The notes under the pieces are model-generated. The model ran no database searches. It worked only from the letters and a program-made list of their open reading frames with translations, and was not told the DNA's origin. Positions 63,285 to 64,000 of a stretch of 64,000 nt of DNA are shown piece after piece (position 1 is the first letter of the stretch; each line of letters begins with the position of its first letter). This stretch comes from Patescibacteria group bacterium (GTDB lineage Bacteria > Patescibacteriota > Minisyncoccia > Phycocordibacterales > PALSA-1337): positions 46,709-110,708 of the forward strand of contig JAZKJN010000006.1 of assembly GCA_040384285.1 (NCBI GenBank), given 5' to 3'. Made by a program: the position numbers and the translations under genes.

Positions 63285-64000
63285 TTATTCTATAAATTTT
63301 AAAACTGAAAAGCCTCGGTGATCCCCTGTGGCGAAATAGAAGGTGGAGTAGTCACACGCCATCTTTACAGAGTCCACACCAAGCGATGTTTCAAAAAGTT
63401 TTGTGGCAAAAGTGGAATCCCATACCTGAAACTGCGCGCTCGGAGCATGCGTTAAAAGAAACACATACGGTGGCCGGAGAATTGATCCATACACCCCGCC
63501 AGGAATATCGCGCGAAAGCCTCTGCGATATATCGGTACTTGTAGGAAAAATAAATGCTTCGTGATTGCCCGACACATTGAAACCTCCCACCGTCCTCCCC
63601 AGAGTAAGTGCCCCTTCAAAATATTCCAGTGTCTTCCCTTCCTGCGTCTGCCATCCCGAAGGTGAAAAGGAATCGATGAGAACAGGAGCACTCGGAACTG
63701 AAACATCGAGCATACGTAGTTGCAAATTATTTGAGTCAGCGAGATAGGCAATATGGTCTCGCACGTAGATATCATTGATCAAGGTATTTGTCTCAAAACT
63801 TCCCACAAACGCCGGCGATGAAATATTTGAAACATCAATAACAAAGAACTCAGGACCTACCCATTTTTCCGTACCAAGATATATGAGTCCGTCTTTATAA
63901 AAAATTGCAGTGGCAAAAGGCGGAGTCGTAGAAGGTGTAGGCGTAGGCAATCGAAAACTCGCAAGAAGAGCCGGATGTGTACGATCTGCTATATCAATAA
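63285..64000 (-). CDS. LVIVD-repeat (beta-propeller) protein, C-terminal part. The ORF is open to the window end.
   Basis: Repeats such as EFFVIDVSNISSPAFVGSF and LQLRMLDVSVPSAPVLIDSF. The frame remains open upstream of the ATG at 63950. Confidence 0.5.
   Translation of the reverse strand, partial: IDIADRTHPALLASFRLPTPTPSTTPPFATAIFYKDGLIYLGTEKWVGPEFFVIDVSNISSPAFVGSFETNTLINDIYVRDHIAYLADSNNLQLRMLDVSVPSAPVLIDSFSPSGWQTQEGKTLEYFEGALTLGRTVGGFNVSGNHEAFIFPTSTDISQRLSRDIPGGVYGSILRPPYVFLLTHAPSAQFQVWDSTFATKLFETSLGVDSVKMACDYSTFYFATGDHRGFSVLKFIE

Noticed and set aside
1-64000. CRISPR arrays, rRNA genes, transposases/integrases.
   Set aside because: No regularly spaced direct repeats and no rRNA-like or transposase-like translations were seen anywhere in the window.

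Overview
This 64 kb window appears to be a chromosomal segment from a small-genome, AT-biased (~42-45% GC) bacterium. The gene content and architecture resemble Candidate Phyla Radiation/Patescibacteria: a split transketolase, the rpe-rpiB-gap glycolysis/pentose core, dnaX, serS, topA, miaA, dprA, lexA, purC, many small secreted or membrane proteins, tight gene packing and standard stop codons. I found no rRNA and no CRISPR array. Three tRNAs are present: Gln-TTG, Leu-CAA and Trp-CCA.

Several regions stand out as accessory.
- Window start: a GC-rich locus on the minus strand with its own promoter and intrinsic terminator. It carries two tiny acidic, Cys/Asp/Gly-rich peptide ORFs, each behind a perfect Shine-Dalgarno site, immediately upstream of an M16 (insulinase, HxxEH) peptidase.
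- 31.9-34.5 kb: a GC-rich island containing a ~450 nt ORF-free structured region between convergent terminators, followed by a large MutS-domain-V-only ATPase with an unknown N-terminal region.
- 43-52 kb: a complete Type I R-M island (hsdM with N-terminal HTH, hsdS, hsdR). Two uncharacterised small genes sit between hsdS and hsdR. A YgjP/DUF45 metallohydrolase, a TfoX-N protein and an autoregulated lexA lie adjacent.
- Upstream of an MFS transporter: a leader with a perfect terminator-like hairpin plus U-tract, which is a riboswitch/attenuator candidate.
- aroD (type I dehydroquinase) is frameshifted while aroQ (type II) is intact.
- Other points: one histidine kinase lacks its ATPase domain, and a bacterial SET-domain protein is present. 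Numerous small ORFs missed by the >=60 aa track are proposed.

All calls rest on reading the sequence and translations, and on motif knowledge. No database searches were run.
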